Shown here: positions 9,535 to 18,423 of the stretch, in pieces | Position numbering within the stretch: the first letter of the stretch is position 1 | Layout of the letters: every line of letters starts with the position of its first letter | NCBI GenBank assembly: GCA_021300195.1 | Contig: JAJTIE010000003.1 | Span: 31,547-95,546, forward strand | Direction of reading: 5' to 3' | From: Bacteroidota bacterium | GTDB lineage: Bacteria > Bacteroidota > Bacteroidia > J057 > JAJTIE01 | DNA: 64,000 nucleotides | Program-made: the position numbers and the translations under genes | Notes under the pieces: generated by a model | Told to the model about the DNA's origin: nothing | The model's input: only the letters and a program-made list of their open reading frames with translations | Database searches by the model: none

Positions 9535-10839
9535 CTAACCCTCTAGCTGGTACTTATCCAGCTTGCGGTACAGGGTAGCTATGCCTATGCCCAGTGCCTC
9601 GGCGGCTTTACTCTTGTTTCCACCACACAGTTTCAGGGTCTGTAGTATGTGCGCCCGCTCCAGCTCCTCTAGCCGCTGTGGCATTGCCGCTGTGGTGTCA
9701 GGGTGCAGCACATACACCGGCAGATGCTCGGGTAGTATTTCTGCTCCGGCCGAAACGATGGCGGCCCGCTCCAGGGCATTGCGCAGCTCTCGTATATTGC
9801 CCGGCCAGGGATACTGTTCCAGTATGGTAGCCGCCACAGTGGATATGGCCGAAAGGTGGTTACTGGCGTGCAAAAAGTGGCGTGCCAGTAGCAGTATGTC
9901 TTGCGTGCGTGCTCGCAGCGCAGGTAGGGCAATCTCAAATACTGCCAGGCGATAATAGAGGTCGGCCCTGAAAGTCTGCTCGGCCACCCGCGTGGGCAGG
10001 TGCCGGTGGGTGGCGGCAATCATGCGTGCATCCAGGCGCATTTCGGTGGTATCGCCCAGGCGCATGTAGCCGTTGCCATCCAGTACTCGCAGCAGCTTGG
10101 CCTGTAGGTTTAGGGGCATTTCGCCTATTTCGTCCAGAAAGAGGGTGCCGCCCTTGGCTGCCGCCAGCAGGCCGGGCTTGTCAGCCAGCGCCCCCGTAAA
10201 TGCTCCTTTTTTGTAGCCAAATAGTTCACTCTCCAGCATCTCGGCCGGTATGGCTGCACAGTTGATGGCCACAAAGGGGCCACCTGCCCGGCTGCTACCC
10301 TGATGGATGGCGCGCGCAAACTGCTCTTTGCCGGTGCCTGTTTCGCCTGTCAGCAGTACAGTGGCTGCTGTGGGTGCTACCTGCCGGGCATGCGCCACCG
10401 CAGCGGCAAAAGCCGGTGCCCGGCCTACTAGTGCACCCCATCCCGTGGCTCCGGCAAGGTTGTTCGTCTGGCTGGCAGCCTGCTGTGCCGCCAGCGCCAC
10501 CCGCTGTAGCAGCAGGTGCTCGCTGTCGCCCTTTACCAGATAGTCAAAAGCCCCGCGCCGCATAGCCTCTACCCCATCGGCAATAGAGCCCTGCGCCGTG
10601 AGTACAATAAAAGCCGAAGTAGGCGACTGCTTGAGCAGGACAGGCAGGGCCCCCAGCCCATTCCCATCAGGCAGCCGCACATCCAGCAGCACTACCTGCG
10701 GTCGGTGCTTCAGCAGCTGCTTTTTACCCACCTCCAGGCTAGCAGCCTCTGCCACCACATAGCCCTCCAGCGCCAGTATGCGGGCATAGAGGCTACGCAG
10801 GTTCGGTTCGTCGTCTATAATCAGGCAGCTGGTAGACAT
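9535..10839 (-). CDS. Sigma-54-dependent response regulator (REC, AAA+ and Fis-type HTH; NtrC family)
   Basis: REC domain (CLIIDDEPN...[11 protein letters not shown]), Walker [15 protein letters not shown] loop, ESELFGY, and C-terminal [20 protein letters not shown] placed the start at [10 protein letters not shown] (10839) because a -7 box sits 6 nt upstream. The ORF track extends to 10905. Confidence 0.9.
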   Translation of the reverse strand: MSTSCLIIDDEPNLRSLYARILALEGYVVAEAASLEVGKKQLLKHRPQVVLLDVRLPDGNGLGALPVLLKQSPTSAFIVLTAQGSIADGVEAMRRGAFDYLVKGDSEHLLLQRVALAAQQAASQTNNLAGATGWGALVGRAPAFAAAVAHARQVAPTAATVLLTGETGTGKEQFARAIHQGSSRAGGPFVAINCAAIPAEMLESELFGYKKGAFTGALADKPGLLAAAKGGTLFLDEIGEMPLNLQAKLLRVLDGNGYMRLGDTTEMRLDARMIAATHRHLPTRVAEQTFRADLYYRLAVFEIALPALRARTQDILLLARHFLHASNHLSAISTVAATILEQYPWPGNIRELRNALERAAIVSAGAEILPEHLPVYVLHPDTTAAMPQRLEELERAHILQTLKLCGGNKSKAAEALGIGIATLYRKLDKYQLEG

Positions 10840-10845
10840 CCAGCA

Positions 10846-10853
10846 CAAAGGTA
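10846..10853 (-). promoter_or_regulatory. Bacteroidetes -7 promoter box TACCTTTG
   Basis: Matches TAnnTTTG on the minus strand, 6 nt upstream of the ATG at 10839. Confidence 0.4.
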
Positions 10854-11063
10854 GAGGGAATCCATATCTCCGCACCGATTGTAAGCCGCCTCCTTCTTCG
10901 GCCATTCCAATGAGAAACAGGCGTGAAGCCCGCTAGAGGCGCAACAGTCATGCATGTGTAAGTTCCGAAGTATGAAATTTCACCGAGAACTAGCTTGTCA
11001 GCCTGCTCAAACAACACGAGCAAGGCGTAGCCGTGGCCGACCTTTGCCGCTCATACAGGATAC

Positions 11064-11699
11064 TCAGCCAGCCAGGTCGCGATATTGCTCCGCAAGGGTA
11101 TCAGCCTTGTCGTAGTCCAGCTCAAACACATCCAGGCTGGCCAGGTCTCGAAAGGAAATGGCGGGCAGCGGGCCATCCAGCTCCGTCAGCAGCCGGGCTC
11201 CGGCCCCATCCAGGTTCAGGATCAGGTTGGGCAGCAGGGGCATCAGCCGCTGCACGTATTCGGCCAGGCCCGGGCTATAGTGCGTTGTGCCCACATCCAG
11301 GGCAACCGGGCACAGCTCCAGCCAGGCGCACTGGCTAGCCAGCTGCCGCAGGGCCGCTGGCTGGGGCAGCGGCAGGGTATCCAGGTTCAGGCAGCATATC
11401 AGCTGCTGGTGGTGCAGGGTCGCTGGCAGCGCCCCTGTCGGGCTATCCATCGTCAGCTGGATAAGGCCCTTGTACGCAGGACTGGCTTGTAGCCACGCCT
11501 CCGCTCCCGCATGGTCGGTGCCAAAGTCGAGCACAATCTCTGGGCCACTCAGCCAGTCGGTTATCTCGGCTATGGTGTCTTCGGCAAGCTTCCGTATATG
11601 GCCACGCTCCAGGCAGAAGCTTATCATCCCTGCATCCAGGGCCGCGCAGTAGCGGGCATCCTGTAGCGTAACAATGTGGTTGACCTTGATAACAGCCAT
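11064..11699 (-). CDS. Hypothetical protein whose N-terminus weakly resembles phosphoribosylanthranilate isomerase (TrpF) but lacks its conserved residues
   Basis: 211-aa ORF that ends 1 nt from the GNAT gene upstream. The N-terminus IKVNHIVTLQDARYCAALDAGMISFCLE recalls the TrpF start (K-I-C-G-I-T...), but the KICG motif is absent. Confidence 0.45.
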   Translation of the reverse strand: MAVIKVNHIVTLQDARYCAALDAGMISFCLERGHIRKLAEDTIAEITDWLSGPEIVLDFGTDHAGAEAWLQASPAYKGLIQLTMDSPTGALPATLHHQQLICCLNLDTLPLPQPAALRQLASQCAWLELCPVALDVGTTHYSPGLAEYVQRLMPLLPNLILNLDGAGARLLTELDGPLPAISFRDLASLDVFELDYDKADTLAEQYRDLAG

Positions 11700-11700
11700 G

Positions 11701-12147
11701 CTAGCCCTCCGCTTGACTCTTATACTCCACTTCCATGGTAAACTCCCGCTCGTCTACCTGCCCCAGGCGACGAAAACCATTCTGGTAGAACACATACTCG
11801 GCCACCGCGTTTTCCCGGGCTATGGAGGTTCGGATGGCTTTCACGTCGCGCTTGTCAAAGATGTATTTTTTTGCCAGCTCTATGGCCCGGGTGCCATAGC
11901 CATTGCCCTGCTCATATTGGTCGATCATGATCCGGCTGATCCAGTATACGCCCGCCCAGTAGGCCACAATCATCATGCCCACCAGGCGCTGGTCCTTGTA
12001 GATGCCCAGCACCTCGCTCTGTGGCTCAAACTTGGCCTGGGCAATGCTAAACAGATTGTCGGGGATAAACTTTTGCTGCTCCTCCTCTACCCGTAGGCTT
12101 AGCACGCGTTCCCAGTTGGCTATCGTTAGCGGTTCTATGCGGATCAT
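11701..12147 (-). CDS. GNAT family N-acetyltransferase
   Basis: Acetyl-CoA binding segment Q-x-x-G-x-G (QYEQGNGYGTRAIELA). I placed the start at MIRIEPLTIANW (12147), 6 nt downstream of a -7 box. The ORF track extends to 12237. Confidence 0.8.
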   Translation of the reverse strand: MIRIEPLTIANWERVLSLRVEEEQQKFIPDNLFSIAQAKFEPQSEVLGIYKDQRLVGMMIVAYWAGVYWISRIMIDQYEQGNGYGTRAIELAKKYIFDKRDVKAIRTSIARENAVAEYVFYQNGFRRLGQVDEREFTMEVEYKSQAEG

Positions 12148-12153
12148 AAGCTG

Positions 12154-12161
12154 CAAACTTA
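12154..12161 (-). promoter_or_regulatory. Bacteroidetes -7 promoter box TAAGTTTG
   Basis: Matches TAnnTTTG on the minus strand, 6 nt upstream of the ATG at 12147. Confidence 0.4.
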
Positions 12162-12317
12162 CGGCTTTCGTCCTCATTCCTGCTACCTTTATTCGGGTAG
12201 GGCTGGGCAAAATACATGTACTTGGCCCAATAGCCACCCCGCACAGCCCACAGGCTGGCGCATGTGAGGCCAGAGTGTGTATCTTGCGTGCGTATTGTAG
12301 TCAAAAGCTCCATTTTT

Positions 12318-12884
12318 ATGGCCAGAAACAGTATTTCGTACCCACAGCCCCAGGATGACCAGACGGTCTACAGCTGGACAGAAGCAGAAAAAGCAACCCT
12401 GGAGAAACACATTGCGAAGTATCCGGAGAAGCGCTCGGCCGTAATGCCGGCCCTCTGGATGGCGCAGGAAAAGTGGGGCTGGCTGCCCCAGGGTGCCATA
12501 CAGCTGGTGGCCGATACACTTGGCATGAGCTTTGCGCAGGTGTGGGGGGTGGCCACCTTCTACACCATGTATCTGAAAGAGCACAAGGCACCCAACCTGC
12601 TGGAAGTGTGCACCTGCTTTAGCTGTGGCGAGTGTGGGGGCCGAGAGCTGTATGCCGCTGCCCGCCAGAAGCTGAATGTGAACGAAGACGGCGTAAGTGC
12701 CGATGGGAAAATCTATCTGCGCGAGGCAGAGTGCCTGGGGGCATGCGATAGCGCCACGGTGGTGCAGATAAACAACCGCCGCCTGCGCTATAATGTAGAT
12801 GAGGCCCAGCTGGAGGCCATAATCAGCCAACTGCGCGAGGGGGAAACATTTGATTTCCAATCGGTTCCACTAGCAAAACAATAG
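12318..12884 (+). CDS. nuoE: NADH-quinone oxidoreductase subunit E-like [2Fe-2S] thioredoxin-like ferredoxin
   Basis: Cys pattern C-x4-C (VCTCFSC) and C-x3-C (ECLGAC), with a NuoE-like N-terminal helical region (AVMPALWMAQEKWGWL). I placed the start at the ATG at 12318 (MARNSISYPQ). Confidence 0.8.
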   Translation: MARNSISYPQPQDDQTVYSWTEAEKATLEKHIAKYPEKRSAVMPALWMAQEKWGWLPQGAIQLVADTLGMSFAQVWGVATFYTMYLKEHKAPNLLEVCTCFSCGECGGRELYAAARQKLNVNEDGVSADGKIYLREAECLGACDSATVVQINNRRLRYNVDEAQLEAIISQLREGETFDFQSVPLAKQ

Positions 12885-12887
12885 ACG

Positions 12888-14000
12888 ATGGACTGGACAC
12901 CCGCTGTACTGATGCTCTCAGACGGTACCGTCTTCGAAGGCAGGGCCTGTGGTGCCCTGGGTACTACTATGGGCGAATTGTGCTTCAACACCGGCATGAC
13001 GGGCTACCAGGAGATTTTCTCAGACCCCTCTTACCTGGGGCAGATCATTACCATGACCACCCCACACATAGGAAACTATGGTGCTGTGCCCCAGGAGATG
13101 GAAAGCGACAGCCCGAGGGTGGCCGGTGTGGTGATCCGCAGCTTCAGCGAGCTGTACAGCCGGGCTGGCCAGGCAGAGAGCCTACAGGCGCATCTGGCCA
13201 GAAACGGAGTGGTGGGCATCTCCGGTATCGACACACGCTCTCTGGTACGGCACATACGCGAGCGCGGAGCTATGAACGCCATCATCTCCAGCGAAACAAC
13301 CCACACCAAAACCCTGCTGACCCAACTGGCAGCCTGCCCCAGCATGGAGGGACAAGAGCTGAGTAGCAAGGTATCGACCCACGAGCCGTACTGGACCGGG
13401 CCAGAAGATGCCGCACTGCGCGTGGCAGCGCTAGACCTGGGCATGAAGCGCAGTATAACTACCTGCCTGACCGATCGCGGGCTGCGTGTAAAGGTATTCC
13501 CGGCAAAAACCCCGGCCCAAACGCTACTGGCGGAGGATGTAGCAGGCTTCTTCCTGAGCAATGGCCCGGGCGACCCGGCCATTATGGACTACGCAATAGA
13601 AACCGCCAAAAGCCTGATAGAAAGCCGAAAACCCGTGTTTGGCATCTGCCTGGGGCACCAGATCATTGCCCTGGCTGCCGGGGCCCAGACAGAAAAAATG
13701 CGCTTTGGCCACCATGGTACCAACCACCCGGTAAAGAATCTGTTAACCGGCAAAAGTGAGATAACCAGCCAGAACCACGGCTTTGTGGTGCGGGAGGAAA
13801 GCCTGAAACCCCTCCCTAACGTAGAAGTAACCCATAGACACCTGAACGACAACTCGGTGGCAGGCCTGCGCCTGAAGGATCGACCGGTATTATGCGTGCA
13901 ATACCACCCCGAGGCTGGCCCCGGGCCGCATGATAGCCGGTATTTGTTCGACCATTTTGTGGAGCTGCTTGCAGCAGAGAAGCTGGACAAAACCCCCTAG
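12888..14000 (+). CDS. carA: Carbamoyl-phosphate synthase small (glutamine amidotransferase) subunit
   Basis: 370 aa with the N-terminal CPSase small-chain domain and GATase active site GICLGHQ. The start lies 3 nt after the nuoE-like stop. Confidence 0.95.
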   Translation: MDWTPAVLMLSDGTVFEGRACGALGTTMGELCFNTGMTGYQEIFSDPSYLGQIITMTTPHIGNYGAVPQEMESDSPRVAGVVIRSFSELYSRAGQAESLQAHLARNGVVGISGIDTRSLVRHIRERGAMNAIISSETTHTKTLLTQLAACPSMEGQELSSKVSTHEPYWTGPEDAALRVAALDLGMKRSITTCLTDRGLRVKVFPAKTPAQTLLAEDVAGFFLSNGPGDPAIMDYAIETAKSLIESRKPVFGICLGHQIIALAAGAQTEKMRFGHHGTNHPVKNLLTGKSEITSQNHGFVVREESLKPLPNVEVTHRHLNDNSVAGLRLKDRPVLCVQYHPEAGPGPHDSRYLFDHFVELLAAEKLDKTP

Positions 14001-14238
14001 CAGGGAGAACAAACTACCAGGGTCCTTATTCCGACCCGCCAGTCGGTACAACCCAATATTGAACTGCCCGGATCCACGGCGAACCGAGAACAGGGGCCAA
14101 CTCAAAAACACAGGGGAACCCCGTGCAACCCTTGGCGACACTTAGCCGTACAAATAGCCGTAGGCGACAAACAAGCGTAGTGCTGCGGGGCGAATCTATT
14201 CTTTACAATTTATTTAAGGAAATCAGAAAAAAATTACG

Positions 14239-14246
14239 TAGCTTTG
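14239..14246 (+). promoter_or_regulatory. Bacteroidetes -7 promoter box TAGCTTTG
   Basis: Matches TAnnTTTG (extended form TAGCTTTGCC), 47 nt upstream of the ATG at 14294. Confidence 0.4.
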
Positions 14247-14293
14247 CCCGGTAAACTACCGAAAAGATCAGGTTTACTTCGATTTATCTATCA

Positions 14294-16042
14294 ATGATAC
14301 AGAAACGGTATACGCTTCACTTGCTTCTTCTTTGTGTGCTCTTCACCCACAAGGCATCTGCCCAGTTCTATAATGCGGGCGCTCCGATCCATGTCCAGTC
14401 TGGCGGTTCCATCTACGTGTCGGCAACCAATCTGGTGAACACCAGCAACGGAGCCAATGTAGGCACCGTGGACAACTATGGTGAGATCAGGATTGTAAAT
14501 GGTGGATTCACGAACAGCAGCACCGCTACGGCCACGTTGCGCAACGGAAGCACCCTGCGCATGACCGGGAACTTTACGAATACCAGCACGCTGACGGCCG
14601 AAAACACCAGCCTCGTGCATTTTGACGGCGCCGGGGCCACAACCCCAGGCGTTCAGCAGGTGAGAACCAACCTGGCCGCCTCTGCTGTGATGGCAGCTGC
14701 CAGCCTGCCCGCTACCAACGTATTTGGCCGCGTGCTACTCACAACCCCCGGGCTAGATATGAGCGGCGTGGCTGGCCAAGCCCTGGCTGTTACCGACCAC
14801 ATCGACTTCAGCAACACTGGCATGCAGGCCAATATTATTGACCTGGGCGGGAGCGACCTGGTACTAGGCCCCAATGCCAGCTACAACAACAGCATAGTGG
14901 ACATACCCGGTGCCGCAAGCCCGAATGCAAACCACCAGCGAGAGATGGTTGTAGGCGGCGATATCGTGCACTTCACCTCTGCAGGCCGCACCCTGTACCA
15001 GTTCCCCCTGGGGGGTACTAACGGCCCCAGCGGCCGCACCTTGCAGTCACTAAGGATTACCACCAGTGGGAATGTAACTCCAGACGTGGACCGCTTTGTA
15101 GCCAGCTGGCAGCCTGCCAAGATGCCCAACATAACAGTGTCAAACTGCCTGAGCACCGACAATCAGCTGATGCAATGGACCGGCACGTGGGCCTGGGAGG
15201 CCTTTCGACACAATACCGGTACTACAGCCTCTGTTCCAGCCCTAACCGGGGGACGTGAATACAACATCAATCTGAGATCCGTAGACGCAAACACGGGCGG
15301 GAACGCTGCCGGGACGGTTATTGTGCACGGCACTACCGCCATACCCACATCTGTACCTGTCAGTAGTATCGCCCACTGTACCCCACCCGATCCTTATGAT
15401 CTTTCGTCTCAAAATCCGATGACAAGCTTCAGTTCTGGTGCAGGCTATACCATTAGCCCCACACCTCTGCCTGTGGAGAACCTGAGGCTACGTGCCAGCG
15501 AAGCTGGAGACTTTATCAGCCTGAACTGGAGTACCAGCAGCGAGATAAACAGTAGTCACTATATTCTGGAGCGCAGCCTTGATGGACTAAGCTACACAGC
15601 CGTATCGCAAAACATTGCTGCAGCCGGGTTTACAGATAATGCCAGCTTCTATAAGCACAACGACCATGGCGTTTCTTTCAACACCACCTACTACTACCGT
15701 GTACAGCAGTACGACCTGGATGGAGCTTCTTCTACCAGCAACGTGGTGCAAGCCATGCTGACGGCAGGGAATAACGGTTTCCGGGCCAGCTTTATGCCAA
15801 ACCCTGCTACCAACACCCTGCGCCTGAGCGTATTCAGCCCACGGGCCCAGACCGTAACTTACCGCATGTATGATTACAGCGGAAAGCTGGTGGTAACCAA
15901 CACCCTGGAAGTAGAGCAAGGAAGCAGCACGGTAGATGCCAGCCATGTACTAAACCGACTAGCCACAGGCACCTACGCCATTGTACTGGAAGCAGGTGGA
16001 GAGCAGATTCACCAGCGCCTGGCACACATGAAAGGCGAGTAG
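14294..16042 (+). CDS. Secreted beta-helix/Pmp-repeat-like protein with a T9SS type A C-terminal sorting domain
   Basis: Signal peptide (LLLLCVLFTHKASAQ) and N-terminal FxxN-type repeats (FTNSS, FTNTS). A beta-sandwich module (FISLNWST...YYYRVQQYDLDG) precedes a final ~80 aa with the typical T9SS CTD pattern (MPNPATNTL...GTYAIVLEAGGEQIHQRL). Confidence 0.7.
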   Translation: MIQKRYTLHLLLLCVLFTHKASAQFYNAGAPIHVQSGGSIYVSATNLVNTSNGANVGTVDNYGEIRIVNGGFTNSSTATATLRNGSTLRMTGNFTNTSTLTAENTSLVHFDGAGATTPGVQQVRTNLAASAVMAAASLPATNVFGRVLLTTPGLDMSGVAGQALAVTDHIDFSNTGMQANIIDLGGSDLVLGPNASYNNSIVDIPGAASPNANHQREMVVGGDIVHFTSAGRTLYQFPLGGTNGPSGRTLQSLRITTSGNVTPDVDRFVASWQPAKMPNITVSNCLSTDNQLMQWTGTWAWEAFRHNTGTTASVPALTGGREYNINLRSVDANTGGNAAGTVIVHGTTAIPTSVPVSSIAHCTPPDPYDLSSQNPMTSFSSGAGYTISPTPLPVENLRLRASEAGDFISLNWSTSSEINSSHYILERSLDGLSYTAVSQNIAAAGFTDNASFYKHNDHGVSFNTTYYYRVQQYDLDGASSTSNVVQAMLTAGNNGFRASFMPNPATNTLRLSVFSPRAQTVTYRMYDYSGKLVVTNTLEVEQGSSTVDASHVLNRLATGTYAIVLEAGGEQIHQRLAHMKGE

Positions 16043-16067
16043 GTAACTAAAAATATCTCGTCATTAA

Positions 16068-16109
16068 GCGAGGGGGGTCGGAATATGTTCCGGCCCCCCT
16101 CGCTTTTTA
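16068..16109 (+). terminator. Rho-independent terminator
   Basis: GCGAGGGGGG, a 16-nt loop, then CCCCCCTCGC followed by TTTTTAT, 25 nt after the stop at 16042. Confidence 0.75.
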
Positions 16110-16590
16110 TAGAGCGTTGCATTCCAAGGGCCCCTATTCCGAGCTACGATGCGGCATACTGGGAACAGGGTCTGAGAAGAATGCCAGCAGACTGACAGAC
16201 CGGGTGTCATATCCGAAGCATACACTCCCTTCACCCAGAACACAAAGAACATAACAAGGCATCCATGCCAGCCCAAGCAGGGCTCGGACTAGCCATACAA
16301 GACCAGCCAGAGTCTGGCGGCATAGGGGGCCAGTTCCCGTCTCCTCTCCACCCCACCGCCCAACATAAAAAGTTGAACGTGTAAAAAGCAGGCACCGCAC
16401 TACTGCACCCAGACGGGCACAGGCCAATTAATCCCCCCCCGCCGCCACCACCCGGCAAAAGGCACTAACTGAAGTCCGCGGATAGACTATGCATTGAAAG
16501 GAACATGCCAGTTGCCAGGGAGCTTATTCGCTCGAGACAAGGAACCCTCCAGAACAGAAGTTGGGACAAAAACGAGGGCGAGAGAAAAGG

Positions 16591-16627
16591 CCAAACAGAG
16601 AAAAGGGTAAGCGGAACCGCCTACCCC
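16591..16627 (-). terminator. Rho-independent terminator of the rplU-rpmA operon (the hairpin could also act on the plus strand)
   Basis: The minus strand reads GGGTAGGCGGTTCCGCTTACCC followed by TTTTCTCTGTTT, about 95 nt after the rpmA stop. Confidence 0.6.
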
Positions 16628-16719
16628 TTATTTAGGTCTTTATTATACGCTTATCTACTCTCTCCTTCGAGTGAGAATGTCAGAACCCAGAGAACGGGAA
16701 TGGAGAAAAGAACCTCGCC

Positions 16720-16977
16720 TTATTCCGCAATCGGGTCTACGTGTACGTACTTGCGTCCCTTACGCTCGCTGAAGTTAACGGTTCCGCTGGCCAGGGCGAA
16801 GAGGGTATGATCCCTGCCCACGCCCACATTCCGACCGGCATGTGTGGCGGTGCCCCGCTGGCGGATCAGGATATTGCCTGCCTTGGCATATTGGCCACCA
16901 AAGAGCTTAACACCAAGTCGCTTGCTCTCGCTCTCTCGACCGTTTTTACTACTACCTACGCCTTTCTTGTGTGCCAT
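16720..16977 (-). CDS. rpmA: 50S ribosomal protein L27
   Basis: [29 protein letters not shown]... is the canonical L27 N-terminus. Confidence 0.97.
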   Translation of the reverse strand: MAHKKGVGSSKNGRESESKRLGVKLFGGQYAKAGNILIRQRGTATHAGRNVGVGRDHTLFALASGTVNFSERKGRKYVHVDPIAE

Positions 16978-16991
16978 GACGAATAAAGGGA

Positions 16992-17303
16992 TTAAGCGTT
17001 GATTGCTTCGATTTGAATTTTGGTCAGGTACTGACGATGGCCGTGTGTTTTCTTGTAACCCTTGCGGCGTTTCTTTTTGAAAACCAGTACCTTGTCATCT
17101 TTCAGATGACTCAGCACCTTTGCCTGCACAGTGGCACCCTTTACATAGGGTTTTCCAATCTGTACTTTATTGCCATCGGCAACCAGCATCACATCTTCCA
17201 GGGTAAGCACCTCGCCCTCCGCCTGAGGCAGGCGGTTGACATACAGATATTGATCTGCACTTACTTTGAATTGGTGACCAGCGATTTGAACTACTGCAAA
17301 CAT
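16992..17303 (-). CDS. rplU: 50S ribosomal protein L21
   Basis: [14 protein letters not shown]... is the canonical L21 start. I moved the start to the internal ATG at 17303. The ORF-track extension to 17387 is upstream leader. Confidence 0.95.
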   Translation of the reverse strand: MFAVVQIAGHQFKVSADQYLYVNRLPQAEGEVLTLEDVMLVADGNKVQIGKPYVKGATVQAKVLSHLKDDKVLVFKKKRRKGYKKTHGHRQYLTKIQIEAINA

Positions 17304-17322
17304 TTCTGGATAATTGAGCCTG

Positions 17323-17330
17323 CAAAGATA
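17323..17330 (-). promoter_or_regulatory. Bacteroidetes -7 promoter box TATCTTTG
   Basis: Perfect TAnnTTTG on the minus strand, 19 nt upstream of the rplU ATG. Confidence 0.45.
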
Positions 17331-17409
17331 GGACATGTCGCGCCGAATCAAAAGCATTTTAAAATAAAAAACTTGGGAAGTTTGCACCGGGCGTGCTTAT
17401 CTTGAGTGC

Positions 17410-18288
17410 ATGGAACAGGATTTTTCTTTTTTGAGTGAGGCCGACGTGGCCAATGCCGACGAGCAGCACCTGGAGGCCTACGCGCAGCGCCTGGCTGCGG
17501 CCTTTGAGGCAAAGCCCACTGTAGCACTTGCGCAGGAGTGGCTGCGGGCGCAGCTGGCCCTGCGCAGGCCCGAGGTGCTAGCCAACTGCCTGGAGCGAGT
17601 GCGCAGCTGGCTGGACGAGATCCTGGGCCTGAAAACGGAGGAGGAAGCGACTGAAGACGAGTTGCTGCTGCTCATCCAGTGGAACGAGACGACCCTGCTG
17701 TGGTACCGGATGCAAGCCCGCCTGTCCGATAAGTTTGAGGAGCTGGCCTACTACGAAGAGATCCTGCACCATACATCCGCCCGCACCGAACCCAGGCTGC
17801 GGCTGGCTGGCCACCAGGCCCGCATACGCCTGCTGTGGGCCTGGCAGCTGTGGACGCAGCAGCGCCGCCAGCTGGGGCTAGGCCACAGCCTGCCCGCCGA
17901 GGTGGAGGGCTGGCTGGCCCAGCAACAGGCAGCCTGCGAAACCGAGGCCCGAGCTGAACTGGAAGCCTGGCAGGCCGAGGGAGAGCTACCGGCAGCCTTT
18001 GGCCTAAAACGGGAACTGGCCCTGCACCTGATGAGAAATGACAAACCGAATGAAGGCCTGGTGCGGCTAAAGGAGCTGGTAACAGACTGTGGCCTGCTGC
18101 CAGACTACCACGCTGGCATGCTCGGAGAGCGGCTGGAGGAGCTGGGCGAGATACTGAGCCAGTATGGCAAGGTGGAGGCTGCCCAGCGCTACCTGCACCA
18201 GGCACTAGCGGCCTACCAGGAGGCAGGCGAGGAATGGGAGGTGCACGCCGCCCAGGTGGAGAGCAGACTACAGGAGCTGGCACGGTAA
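17410..18288 (+). CDS. Hypothetical helical (TPR-like) protein
   Basis: 292-aa ORF rich in A/L/E/Q, with amphipathic-helix character and a TPR-like C-terminus (AAQRYLHQALAAYQEAGEEWE). I recognised no catalytic motif. Confidence 0.5.
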   Translation: MEQDFSFLSEADVANADEQHLEAYAQRLAAAFEAKPTVALAQEWLRAQLALRRPEVLANCLERVRSWLDEILGLKTEEEATEDELLLLIQWNETTLLWYRMQARLSDKFEELAYYEEILHHTSARTEPRLRLAGHQARIRLLWAWQLWTQQRRQLGLGHSLPAEVEGWLAQQQAACETEARAELEAWQAEGELPAAFGLKRELALHLMRNDKPNEGLVRLKELVTDCGLLPDYHAGMLGERLEELGEILSQYGKVEAAQRYLHQALAAYQEAGEEWEVHAAQVESRLQELAR

Positions 18289-18309
18289 AGATACGCCACT
18301 CAGCACGCC

Positions 18310-18423
18310 CTACTCCACCAGGAAGCGAAACACCTGCCTACCTTGGCGCAGCAGGTATAGGCCCCCAGCCAAGGGGTTAGGGGACACATACCGAACTGAC
18401 CCTTGCGCCCCACTATCACCCTG
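18310..18423 (-). pseudogene. Possible remnant of a T9SS C-terminal sorting domain (37 codons between stops)
   Basis: The minus-strand frame reads QGDSGAQGSVRYVSPNPLAGGLYLLRQGRQVFRFLVE then a stop. It contains the SPNP and G-L-Y-L-L-R elements characteristic of the start and end of T9SS type A CTDs, but they are collapsed together and the frame has no start codon. Confidence 0.25.

Noticed and set aside
16440-16730. RNase P RNA-like strings on the plus strand: CTGAAGTCCGCGGATAG, AAGGCCAAACAGAG and AGAACCTCGCCTTAT. These recall CR-I GAAAGUCCGGGC, GGCCAAAUAGGG and ACAGAACCCGGCUUA.
   Set aside because: The diagnostic P4 pairing (AAG-U-CCGxGG with its complement ...CUU) cannot be formed. The CR-II block (GGUAAGAGCGCACC-like) is missing. 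The 3' block would overlap the rpmA coding end. This is most likely a chance resemblance, but cmscan should still be run.
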